This document shows positions 1 to 8,519 of a DNA stretch of 64,000 nt, piece after piece (position 1 is the stretch's first letter; each line of letters starts with the position of its first letter). Position numbers and translations under genes: made by a program. A model generated the notes under the pieces. That model ran no database searches. It was not told the origin of the DNA and saw nothing but the letters and a program-made list of their open reading frames with translations. This DNA comes from Dehalococcoidia bacterium (GTDB lineage Bacteria; Chloroflexota; Dehalococcoidia; Plut-88900), in the NCBI GenBank assembly GCA_965197585.1, contig OZ240215.1:608001-672000 (forward strand), in the 5' to 3' direction.

Positions 1-1092
1 TGCCGAGCCGATGACCCCTGCTACGTTGGGCCCCATCGCATGCATGAGAAGGAAATTGTCCGAGCGTTCGCTCTGTCCGACCCGCTGCACGACCCGAGCA
101 GCCATTGGCACCGCCGATACTCCTGCCGCCCCTATCAAGGGATTAATCTTCCCACCCGACAGCACCTTCATCACTTTCCCGAACATCACCCCCGATGCCG
201 TTCCGATTATGAAAGCCCCCAGCCCGAGGCCCAGTATCTTAAGCGTCTCAAGGTCGAGGAAACTCTCTCCCGTCATCGTCGAGCCTATGACGAGGCCCAG
301 GAAGATGGTCACTATGTTTATAAGCGAGTTCTGAGCCGTGTTCGACAGCCTGTCCACCACCCCTGACTCCCTCATCAGGTTCCCGAACATGAACATCCCA
401 AGCAGCGGTATCGCCTTGGGGGCCAGCAGCCCTCCGATTAACAGCACCATGATTGGGAACATAACTCGCAGGAGTTTTGGCACCTCTCTGTCAGTGTACT
501 CCATGGGGATGCTGCGCTCTGCCTTGGTCGTCAGTAGTTTCATTATCGGGGGTTGGATCAAGGGCACCATTGCCATGTAGGAGTAGGCGGCCACAACGAC
601 CGGGCCGAGCACATCGTTCTGGCAAGTCTCGGTGTCCGGGCAAAGTTGGCTGGCAACGAAGATGGTGGTAGGCCCGTCCGCCGAGCCTATGATGGCGATG
701 GAACCGGCCTCCCTTAACGAGAAGTCCAGGGCTATGGCTGCCATCAGGCTAACGAAGATGCCGGTCTGGGCCGCGGCGCCAAGCAGCATCGTAGAAGGAC
801 GCTGCAGCAGTGGCGTGAAGTCCGTCAGGGCCCCGAGACCCAGGAACATCAACAGCGGGAAGAGCTCGTTGTCCAGGCCGGCGCTCTTCAGCACCCCGAA
901 CACCCCGTGCTCTCCCGTCACACCGCCAAGGGGAAGATTCGTCACCATTGCCCCCAGGCCGATAGGCAGCAGAAGCAGGGGCTCGAACTTGTGCTTGATA
1001 GCGAGGTAGATCAGGACTCCCCCGACGAGCATCATTACGGCATCTCGCCACTCGAGACCTAAGAATCCTTCGAAAAGCTCCTCTACAAGCAT
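1..1092 (-). CDS. oadB: Na+-translocating decarboxylase beta subunit (3' end runs off the window)
   Basis: Manual minus-strand translation from ATG 1092: MLVEELFEGFLGLEWRDAVMMLVGGVLIYLAIKHKFEPLLLLPIG...ELFPLLMFLGLGALTDF...IIGSADGPTTIF; characteristic OadB/GcdB motifs. Absent from the ORF track because it is open-ended. Confidence 0.92.
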   Translation of the reverse strand, partial: MLVEELFEGFLGLEWRDAVMMLVGGVLIYLAIKHKFEPLLLLPIGLGAMVTNLPLGGVTGEHGVFGVLKSAGLDNELFPLLMFLGLGALTDFTPLLQRPSTMLLGAAAQTGIFVSLMAAIALDFSLREAGSIAIIGSADGPTTIFVASQLCPDTETCQNDVLGPVVVAAYSYMAMVPLIQPPIMKLLTTKAERSIPMEYTDREVPKLLRVMFPIMVLLIGGLLAPKAIPLLGMFMFGNLMRESGVVDRLSNTAQNSLINIVTIFLGLVIGSTMTGESFLDLETLKILGLGLGAFIIGTASGVMFGKVMKVLSGGKINPLIGAAGVSAVPMAARVVQRVGQSERSDNFLLMHAMGPNVAGVIGSA

Positions 1093-1107
1093 ATTTGGCG
1101 TGTGGCT

Positions 1108-1428
1108 CTACCGGCCGCGCCGGCCTTCGGCCTCTTCCTCCTCGGTAAGGTAAAGAGCGACCGCAATGGCCGCGGCCCGCGCTGCCTTGTCTCGGGGGGC
1201 GCGCTCTGCCGAAGGAGCCTCTTCAGGCATGGCGGAGGGGGAGACAGGCGGTGACTCTATAGTTGGGGTGACGGTTGGGGCCGCAGCGACACGCGATTTC
1301 CCGATTCGGACCGCTCCCAGCTTGTCGATGGTCAGACGCAGGCCCAATGTCGCCCCGAACATGACGACCAAGGCCAGGAACACCATTCCCACGCCCAGGC
1401 CCGCTATTTCGAGCCCGTCAAGATACAT
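1108..1428 (-). CDS. oadG: OadG-family decarboxylase gamma/delta subunit
   Basis: N-terminal TM with GVGMVFLAL, Pro/Ala linker, C-terminal AAAIAVAL; directly upstream of oadB. Confidence 0.8.
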   Translation of the reverse strand: MYLDGLEIAGLGVGMVFLALVVMFGATLGLRLTIDKLGAVRIGKSRVAAAPTVTPTIESPPVSPSAMPEEAPSAERAPRDKAARAAAIAVALYLTEEEEAEGRRGR

Positions 1429-1520
1429 TCAGGACTCTCCCGATGTCGGGGTGGCCCGGGGGCCGGGTTTGCAACAGTGTTGTTCTCCGCATGAGTAAGA
1501 GGAAAACCGGGTTCAGGACT

Positions 1521-2072
1521 TCAGTTGTTAGCCCAGACCCCTTCGAAGAACTCCGGTGTAAGCTCGATTATAGAATCTGATATTTCTACCAGATCTTTCG
1601 ATTGATTCACTTCGAAGCAGGCCACTTCCACGAACTTGCCCATGTCCTTAACTGTCTTTACCGCATAGGCGAAATCCGCGTCCCCACTCACCAGGACGGC
1701 GGTGTCATACAGGTCTTTCCATGCTAGCTGGAGCATGTCTGTGGCAAGCATTATATCCACGCCCTTTTCCACCGCCACCCCTTTCCTGATCGCAGACCGG
1801 CCCAACTTCACTTCCAGGTAAGGTGTGTTGTGGAGCACCGAGAGGAACTTCTGCTGCTGCCCGAATCCCTGCGGCTTGCGTCTGCTGTCTTGGAGGACAT
1901 TGTAGTAATAGGTCCTCAGCAGATGGCGCCCCCGCAGCAATTTCTGCACGAACCTCGGGAAGTTCAGGTCCGTTCGTCTGCAGGACTCCTCCATGGCATG
2001 ATAAAGATTGCTTCCGTCGATGAAAATGGCCACTCTCGGCCTAAGATGGTTTCTGAAACTGTCGTCTAATAT
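1521..2072 (-). CDS. NYN-domain (LabA/DUF88, PIN-like) protein; start probably ATA 2072 (ORF track uses GTG 2033)
   Basis: Motifs RVAIFIDGSN, EKGVDIMLATD, LVSGDADF. AAGGAG lies 6 nt before the in-frame ATA. Confidence 0.9.
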   Translation of the reverse strand: MLDDSFRNHLRPRVAIFIDGSNLYHAMEESCRRTDLNFPRFVQKLLRGRHLLRTYYYNVLQDSRRKPQGFGQQQKFLSVLHNTPYLEVKLGRSAIRKGVAVEKGVDIMLATDMLQLAWKDLYDTAVLVSGDADFAYAVKTVKDMGKFVEVACFEVNQSKDLVEISDSIIELTPEFFEGVWANN

Positions 2073-2416
2073 AAAGGTCTCCTTGGCCCTCGCTCAGGAT
2101 AGTGTGGCGGCGGGGCCGTGCGCCCGTGAGTATACCTTAGCGTTCAGGAAGCTACCAGTGCCCCAACCCAGCCTATCGTCACATGGAATACCAACGAGGC
2201 TCCCTTTCCGTTGTGTGCGCAGATGAACTGGCAAAAGCATCGACAAATTCGTGTCTCGTAGCTATCCTGTCCTTACCACCCCTATCGCTTCGCCGGTAGG
2301 GTCGAGACCGCCCTTTGAGGTGGTCTCTGTCTTTATTGAGAATTAGACACTGGAGATTGATAACCAACCTGCACTTCAATGGCGTCAAACGAATTGGTGA
2401 TGCTCCCAGCCCCGTC

Positions 2417-2445
2417 TTGAGGCTCTACCCACAGACGGCTATAAT
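2417..2445 (+). promoter_or_regulatory. sigma70-like promoter for the acyl-CoA synthetase-like gene
   Basis: TTGAGG-17 bp-TATAAT. Confidence 0.6.
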
Positions 2446-2514
2446 ACCGGCGTTCCGGGGCTATAGCCTGGGAACGCCTCAGCCGATACCGCAACCTTTA
2501 TAAGGACAAGACTC

Positions 2515-3981
2515 ATTCAATCCATAACCCCCCTCGGCCCCGACTTCGCCAAGGCGTTCAACCCCAAGTCCGTAGCCTTAGTGGGCGCCTCCCGAGTCAC
2601 CTCGGCGAAGGGGCCCGGTTGGAGTAATCCCTCGGGCCAGTTCATCCCTTATCTCCTCAAGCTCGGCTATCCCGGCAAGATTTATCCCGTCAACCCCAAG
2701 GCCGACGAAATTCTCGGCCTCAAGTCTTACCCCTCTGTCTCCGCCCTCCCTGAGGTCCCCGAAATGGTGACCGTCTCCGTACCTGCCCGGTTCCTGGCAA
2801 CGGTGCTGGAAGACTGCGCCTCCGTCGGAGCGCTCAATGTCCACGTCTTCACCTCCGGCTTTTCCGAGACCTCCACGACCGAGGGCGTCGAGATGGAAAA
2901 GGTCGTCTGGGAGGTAGCCACCCGAAATGGCATCCGCGTCGTCGGGCCCAACTGCCTCGGCGTGCACTCTCCGGCGGCCCAGTTCTCCACCATCGGAGAT
3001 ATTACCAACAGGTCCGGTAGCGCCGCCTTTGTCGCCCAGAGCGGCGGGCATGCCATGGACTTCATATTCCGCGCCGCGGATGTTGGGATAGGAGTCAGTA
3101 AGGTAATCAGCTTTGGCAATGCACTGGTCCTCGAAAGCGCGGACTACCTTGAGTTCCTGGGCCAGGACGAGAGCACCAACGCCATTGGCATGTACATAGA
3201 GGGTGTCAGGAATGGCCCGAAATTGCTCAAGCTGGCTCGGGAGATCAACCCCCGTAAACCCGTAATCATCTGGAAGGGCGGCCTCAGCGAGTCAGGCTCA
3301 CGAGCCGCCGCCTCCCACACCGGCTCCCTGGCCGGTCAGGGCGCGATATGGAATGCCTTCTTCCGACAAACGGGTGCCGTCCGAGCCGGTTCCGTCGAAG
3401 AAGTCGTAGATGTTATGCAGGCCTTCAACCTCCTCCCCGCTCCTCGCAGCAACCGCCTAGCCATGATCGGCAGCGGTGGGGGCAACAGTGTCGCAGCCTC
3501 GGACATCTGCTCTGAAGAAGGCCTCGACATGGCTGAGCTGTCCTCCGAGACCAGCGCCCTCCTCCGAGAGTTCATCCCCGACGCCGGAAACAGCGTCCGA
3601 AACCCGGTCGACCTCTCATTCATGGCGAATGTCCGGGACAAGCAGCAACAGGCCGCGCGCCTCGTCACCGCAGACCCGTCCATCGACATGCTGCTAATGA
3701 TCCCCAGCCTAAACGAATACACCGACGTTACGTCCGAGCCTGAAAAGGCCGTTGCCACGGACTTCGCAGAGATCGCCAGGGACCATTCCAACGGCAAGCC
3801 TGTCGTCATCCTTTTGCCGGTCCGCATCCGGGACCCCCGCATCAAGATGGACTATCAGAAACTCCAGCAGGAGTTCTCCGAAGCGGGCCTCCTTGCTTAC
3901 ACATCGCTGCGCAGGGCATGCCGGTCCCTGGCCAAGTTCGTGCAGTACCACATGTTCCAGAGATCGCTTAGCTCGGGCTAG
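2515..3981 (+). CDS. CoA-binding protein, ADP-forming acyl-CoA synthetase alpha-subunit-like; start probably ATT 2515 (ORF track 2581)
   Basis: FNPKSVALVGAS, IYPVNPK, VVGPNCLG, QSGG, AAASHTGSLAG (phospho-His loop), NPVD. Confidence 0.88.
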   Translation: MQSITPLGPDFAKAFNPKSVALVGASRVTSAKGPGWSNPSGQFIPYLLKLGYPGKIYPVNPKADEILGLKSYPSVSALPEVPEMVTVSVPARFLATVLEDCASVGALNVHVFTSGFSETSTTEGVEMEKVVWEVATRNGIRVVGPNCLGVHSPAAQFSTIGDITNRSGSAAFVAQSGGHAMDFIFRAADVGIGVSKVISFGNALVLESADYLEFLGQDESTNAIGMYIEGVRNGPKLLKLAREINPRKPVIIWKGGLSESGSRAAASHTGSLAGQGAIWNAFFRQTGAVRAGSVEEVVDVMQAFNLLPAPRSNRLAMIGSGGGNSVAASDICSEEGLDMAELSSETSALLREFIPDAGNSVRNPVDLSFMANVRDKQQQAARLVTADPSIDMLLMIPSLNEYTDVTSEPEKAVATDFAEIARDHSNGKPVVILLPVRIRDPRIKMDYQKLQQEFSEAGLLAYTSLRRACRSLAKFVQYHMFQRSLSSG

Positions 3982-4691
3982 CCCGCTCTTCCCAGGAGCG
4001 CGTCCAACACCCTCTTCGTATCCGACAGGTCTTCGAAGACGAACGTCGGGCCCAGCGCCCGCAGGGTCTCCGTGTCGCAGTGTCCCGTTGCCACCGCCAC
4101 CGTGTTGATCCCGTTTGCCTTTCCCGCTTCCACGTCCGAAGTCGAGTCACCGATGAGAAAGATTTCTCCTGGGTCGTAGACCCTACCCGAGAGAGCCTGG
4201 CACCTGGCTATGGCGTCAGCCACGACTTCCGTGCGGGTCATCCAGTCTCCCCCGAAACCTCCCTCGTGAAAATAGGTGTGCAATCCAAATCTACGCAGCT
4301 TGATGAAAGCCGCCTCCCTGAAATTGCCCGGCTCCAAACCCATATGCACCCCCGGCTCCCGTGACAGCGCTTCCAGCAATTCCTCCGCCCCAGGACACAT
4401 ATATCCATCAGTCCAGGTCTCCAGTCGTCTTACAAGGTGATCAAAGTAGACCGCCTTGAATTCCGATAGGTCTGGAAGTTCATCTGGATTGCCCTTTGTC
4501 AGTCCCCATTTCCTATACATCTCCGTCATAAGCGGCAAGTCTAGTCCGCCGCCAAATACGACGTCATTAAAGGCGCCGGGTATACCGTGCACCTGCTCAA
4601 AGGCGCTGTTCAGTGCGAGGAGGTTGCACCCGGTGGCGGTGATCAGGGTCAGGTCTACGTCGAAGAGGACAAGTCTTTGAAATCTGGACAT
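3978..4691 (-). CDS. HAD-superfamily hydrolase (paralog 1)
   Basis: LVLFDVDLTL motif I; IGDSTSDVEAG motif IV. Confidence 0.9.
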   Translation of the reverse strand: MSRFQRLVLFDVDLTLITATGCNLLALNSAFEQVHGIPGAFNDVVFGGGLDLPLMTEMYRKWGLTKGNPDELPDLSEFKAVYFDHLVRRLETWTDGYMCPGAEELLEALSREPGVHMGLEPGNFREAAFIKLRRFGLHTYFHEGGFGGDWMTRTEVVADAIARCQALSGRVYDPGEIFLIGDSTSDVEAGKANGINTVAVATGHCDTETLRALGPTFVFEDLSDTKRVLDALLGRAG

Positions 4692-4702
4692 TCCGCACTC
4701 AC

Positions 4703-5386
4703 CTAGCCTAGCAACGCGCCCAACACCTTCTCCGTATCCGACAGGTCTTCGAAGACGAACGTTGGGCCTAATGACTTCAATTTCTCCGTGTCGTAGTGCC
4801 CGGTCGCTACGGCCACCGAATTTATGCCGTTGGCCCGACCCGCCTCCACGTCGGAAATCGAGTCCCCGATGACGAAGATGTCCTCACGTTCGTACATCCT
4901 CCCCGAGAGTGTCTGACATTTGACTATTGCGTCGGCCACCACCTCGGGGCGCTCCGGGTGGTCTCCCCCGAACCCGCCTTCTTCGAAAAAGGTGACCAGG
5001 CCGTACTTACGCAGCTTGATGAAAGCCGACTCCCGAAAGTTTCCGGTGGCCAGACCTAACTGCACCCCGGCTCTCGAGTCCAGGACCCTAAGCAATTCCG
5101 GTATTCCCGGGTACACGATACCCATCTCCCAGTCCTTCAGCACTTGTTCCAGAAGTTCGAAATACCGTGCCTTGAAATCGCCGAGACGCCGGTCCCCCTC
5201 GGCCACTCCCCAGTGGGAATACACCTGATCCATTATCGACAGGTCCATCCGCCCCCCAAAGCTAATTCCTTCGAAGGCGTCATCAATGCCGTGCAGCTCT
5301 TGGAATGTATCGTTGAGCGCCTTTCGGTCACCGCCCCTGGTACTGATGAGGGTCTGGTCTACGTCGAACAAGATGAGTCTGTGCAA
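4703..5386 (-). CDS. HAD-superfamily hydrolase (paralog 2); start TTG 5386
   Basis: LILFDVDQTL, GLATGN, IGDSISDVEAG; GGAGG upstream of TTG; clearly homologous to the neighbouring gene. Confidence 0.9.
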   Translation of the reverse strand: MHRLILFDVDQTLISTRGGDRKALNDTFQELHGIDDAFEGISFGGRMDLSIMDQVYSHWGVAEGDRRLGDFKARYFELLEQVLKDWEMGIVYPGIPELLRVLDSRAGVQLGLATGNFRESAFIKLRKYGLVTFFEEGGFGGDHPERPEVVADAIVKCQTLSGRMYEREDIFVIGDSISDVEAGRANGINSVAVATGHYDTEKLKSLGPTFVFEDLSDTEKVLGALLG

Positions 5387-5484
5387 TCTTGACCTCCCGA
5401 ATTCCGGCCCAGTATAGCCGACGCCCTTCCACCATAGGCGATTTGTCCCTTGGCATATAATTGCCGCGTGGGAGGCCCGACGCC

Positions 5485-6822
5485 ATGTACGACGACACCA
5501 TAGCCGCAATTGCCACGCCCATAGGAGAGGGGGCCCTCGGTGTTGTGCGGTTGTCCGGCCCCGACTCCCTTGCGCTCGCCGGGAAGGTCTTTAGCGGCCG
5601 ACTCTCCCACCGCTATATGAGCCGTGGCCGGATAGTCGACCCAGACGACGGCTCGATCCTCGATGAGGTGATGGCAACCTGCATGCTCGCACCCAACAGC
5701 TACACCTGCGAGGACACCGTCGAGATATACGGGCACGGTGGCCCTATACCCCTGCAGGCCGTTCTCAAAGCCCTTCTCCGTTGCGGGGCCCGTGCCGCGG
5801 GCCCCGGCGAATTCACCCTGCGCGCCTTCCTCAACGGCCGTATCGATCTCATCCAGGCCGAGGCCGTACTGGATGTCATAGAATCCAAGACAGACGCTAG
5901 CTTGAGAGTCGCTATGAACGGGCTTCAGGGCGGGCTCTCCCAGCGGATCAAAGAAGCCCGCACTGCCATTTTGGAAGTCCTGGCCTACCTGACCGCGCGC
6001 ATCGACTTCCCGGACGACGACGTCCCCATCGAAGATCCCCTCCCTGCAATCCGTGACGCGGCCTCCACTGTCCGCCAACTCCTTAGCGCCGCCGATACCG
6101 GGATGGTATATCGCCACGGCGTCCGAGTTGCGATAGTCGGGCGTCCCAACGTCGGAAAATCCAGCCTCCTCAACCGGCTCCTGGACCACGAAAGGGCCAT
6201 TGTCACACCCATCGCCGGTACAACCCGGGACACGGTCGAAGAGGTGGCCAATATCCAGGGGATTCCATTTGTCCTTGTGGACACGGCCGGTTTAACCGAC
6301 ACTTCTGACCCCGTTGAACACCTCGGCATAGAACGCAGCCGTAAAGCCCTCGCCCAAGCCGACCTCGTCATCCTGGTTCTGGACTCCAGTCAACCTCTCA
6401 CCGACCAGGACATCAATCTGATTGGTCGGCTCCCGGGCAAGGGTGCAGTTACCGTCGCCAACAAATCAGACCTACCGTGCGTTACCGACCCCTCCGTTCT
6501 CCCATCGGGTGCCGTACGGGCCTCCATGATCACGGGTGAGGGCCTGGATGAGTTGAGAGAGAGGATGGTCGAGGTTGCGCTCAACGGCAAGAGTTTGGGG
6601 TCGGGTGAGGTACTGGTGTCCAATGCTCGGCACAAGTCGGCCCTGGAATCTGCAGCAACTCACCTTGCCTCTGCCGAAAATGCCCTAACTAAAGGCCTGC
6701 CCGACGACTTCGTCACAATAGACCTCACCGCCGCCCTGACCGCCCTCGGAGAAATCACCGGCGAGACCATTACCGAAGACCTCCTCCACACCATCTTCTC
6801 CCGCTTCTGCATCGGCAAATAG
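5485..6822 (+). CDS. mnmE: tRNA modification GTPase MnmE/TrmE
   Basis: DTIAAIATP, GEFTLRAFLNGRIDL, GRPNVGKSS, GTTRD, DTAG, NKSD, C-terminal FCIGK. Confidence 0.98.
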   Translation: MYDDTIAAIATPIGEGALGVVRLSGPDSLALAGKVFSGRLSHRYMSRGRIVDPDDGSILDEVMATCMLAPNSYTCEDTVEIYGHGGPIPLQAVLKALLRCGARAAGPGEFTLRAFLNGRIDLIQAEAVLDVIESKTDASLRVAMNGLQGGLSQRIKEARTAILEVLAYLTARIDFPDDDVPIEDPLPAIRDAASTVRQLLSAADTGMVYRHGVRVAIVGRPNVGKSSLLNRLLDHERAIVTPIAGTTRDTVEEVANIQGIPFVLVDTAGLTDTSDPVEHLGIERSRKALAQADLVILVLDSSQPLTDQDINLIGRLPGKGAVTVANKSDLPCVTDPSVLPSGAVRASMITGEGLDELRERMVEVALNGKSLGSGEVLVSNARHKSALESAATHLASAENALTKGLPDDFVTIDLTAALTALGEITGETITEDLLHTIFSRFCIGK

Positions 6823-7193
6823 GCCTCACGCCATCCTACCTCTTTATCATGTCATCCCGAGGCCCCGCTAGGTATCTAGGACTTGCGCGAACGCTACATA
6901 CCCCCCATTGTGACATCACCCCCTTCCCCTCACCCCCTCTTTTAGCTAATCTCTGCCTGCGAGCAATTTTTGAGTAACTCAAACTTCAAGTTCCCCAAAG
7001 CCCCCTTTTCGCGATCGACCGTGGATGGCCCGCGGCGCGAGAATTGGAGTGATCCCCGTCATTAACAAACAATCAAGAATCGTGCCTACACCCCGCAAGC
7101 AATCAAACACAAAGTTGTTTTCCTTTGATTGTCCGCGTCTCGGTTGATTGTCATATGTTAACTAACCCATATGTAACTGAAGGGCATGTGGAT

Positions 7194-7222
7194 TTGACAT
7201 TCAATAGGCGTGTGGATAGACT
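7194..7222 (+). promoter_or_regulatory. sigma70-like promoter upstream of cofG
   Basis: TTGACA-17 bp-TAGACT. Confidence 0.65.
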
Positions 7223-7319
7223 CGCGGCCATTCCGCGTGATAGCTTGTTGGACAGGCTTATTTTGACTCCTCGCTCGACTTTGACGACTCTACGGTAACT
7301 GCTACTCTCGGAGACACAC

Positions 7320-8519
7320 GTGGTCTACGTTTCCACCGATATCCAAATCGAGCGTTGCCTGCAACAAGTCTTGGACGGCAAGCCGCTATCGAGAGAAGAG
7401 GCATACCGGCTGGTCCGAGCCGAGCGCGCAGAGATTCCTGCTCTACTCGCATGTGCCGCCCGGACCACCGAAAGGGCCAAGGGGCGTCGCGTCGCCTACT
7501 CACGCAAGGTATTCATCCCCCTGACCAACCTGTGCCGAGACCGCTGCGGCTACTGCACCTTCGTCAAGGGCCCCAAACACCCCGACGCCAAGACCATGAC
7601 CCCCGACGAGGTGTTTGCCGTGGCCAAGGCCGGTCAGAAAGCGGGATGCAAAGAAGCCCTCTTCAGCCTCGGTGAGAAGCCCGAAGACGTGCACAGAATG
7701 GCCCGGACGCACCTTCAGGAGCTTGGACACCCCTCCATGACCGACTACCTTGTCGACATGTGCCGCATGGTATTCGAGGAGACTGGTCTCCTTCCCCACA
7801 GCAACTCCGGTGTGCTGGAGCGTGAGGAGATGGCCCAGCTTCGCGAAGTCACGGTCAGCATGGGCCTGATGCTGGAGAATTCCAGCCCGCGCCTCTTGGA
7901 GAGGGGGCAGGCCCACTTCGGCAGTGTGGGCAAGGACCCGGCAATACGAATCCAGACCATGCGCTACGCCGGCGAGATGCTGGTACCGTTTACCACCGGC
8001 ATGCTCATCGGCATCGGAGAGACCCTGGACGAACGGGTCGACACCCTTTTTGCCATCAAAGAGCTTCAGGAAGAATACGGCCACATCCAAGAAGTGATAA
8101 TTCAGAACTTTCGCGCCAAGCCCGACACCCGCATGAGGGCCCACGGAGAGCCTTCGGCGGTGGACATGGCCGTCACCATTGCCTTGGCTCGGCTAATCCT
8201 GGGCCCCGAAATGAACATCCAGGCCCCACCCAACCTGACCGCAGACGCATACCAGTTCTATCTGGCCTCCGGGATCAACGACTGGGGAGGCGTATCCCCC
8301 GTCACCAAAGACTTCATCAACCCTGAGAAGGCCTGGCCAATGATCACGGAGCTCAAGGAAAGCACCGAGTCTCTCGGCTACGAGTTGAAGGAGAGGCTGG
8401 CAATCTACCCCGAATACATTGTGGACAAACCTGGATATCTGAACCCCGTCATGGAGGCCGCAGTGCGCGGTTTCATAGATGAGGATGGCTACGTAAAGGA
8501 TGAGGAGACCCGATGGTAA
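7320..8519 (+). CDS. cofG: FO synthase subunit CofG (radical SAM)
   Basis: YSRKVFIPLTNLCRDRCGYC, EALFSLGEKP, IIQNFRAKP, IQAPPNL, GINDWGGVSPVT. Confidence 0.95.
   Translation: MVYVSTDIQIERCLQQVLDGKPLSREEAYRLVRAERAEIPALLACAARTTERAKGRRVAYSRKVFIPLTNLCRDRCGYCTFVKGPKHPDAKTMTPDEVFAVAKAGQKAGCKEALFSLGEKPEDVHRMARTHLQELGHPSMTDYLVDMCRMVFEETGLLPHSNSGVLEREEMAQLREVTVSMGLMLENSSPRLLERGQAHFGSVGKDPAIRIQTMRYAGEMLVPFTTGMLIGIGETLDERVDTLFAIKELQEEYGHIQEVIIQNFRAKPDTRMRAHGEPSAVDMAVTIALARLILGPEMNIQAPPNLTADAYQFYLASGINDWGGVSPVTKDFINPEKAWPMITELKESTESLGYELKERLAIYPEYIVDKPGYLNPVMEAAVRGFIDEDGYVKDEETRW

Noticed and set aside
7187-7220. DnaA-box-like words TGTGGATTT and TGTGGATAG near mnmE, suggesting oriC
   Set aside because: Only two imperfect boxes, both overlapping the cofG promoter; no dnaA/dnaN and no box cluster.
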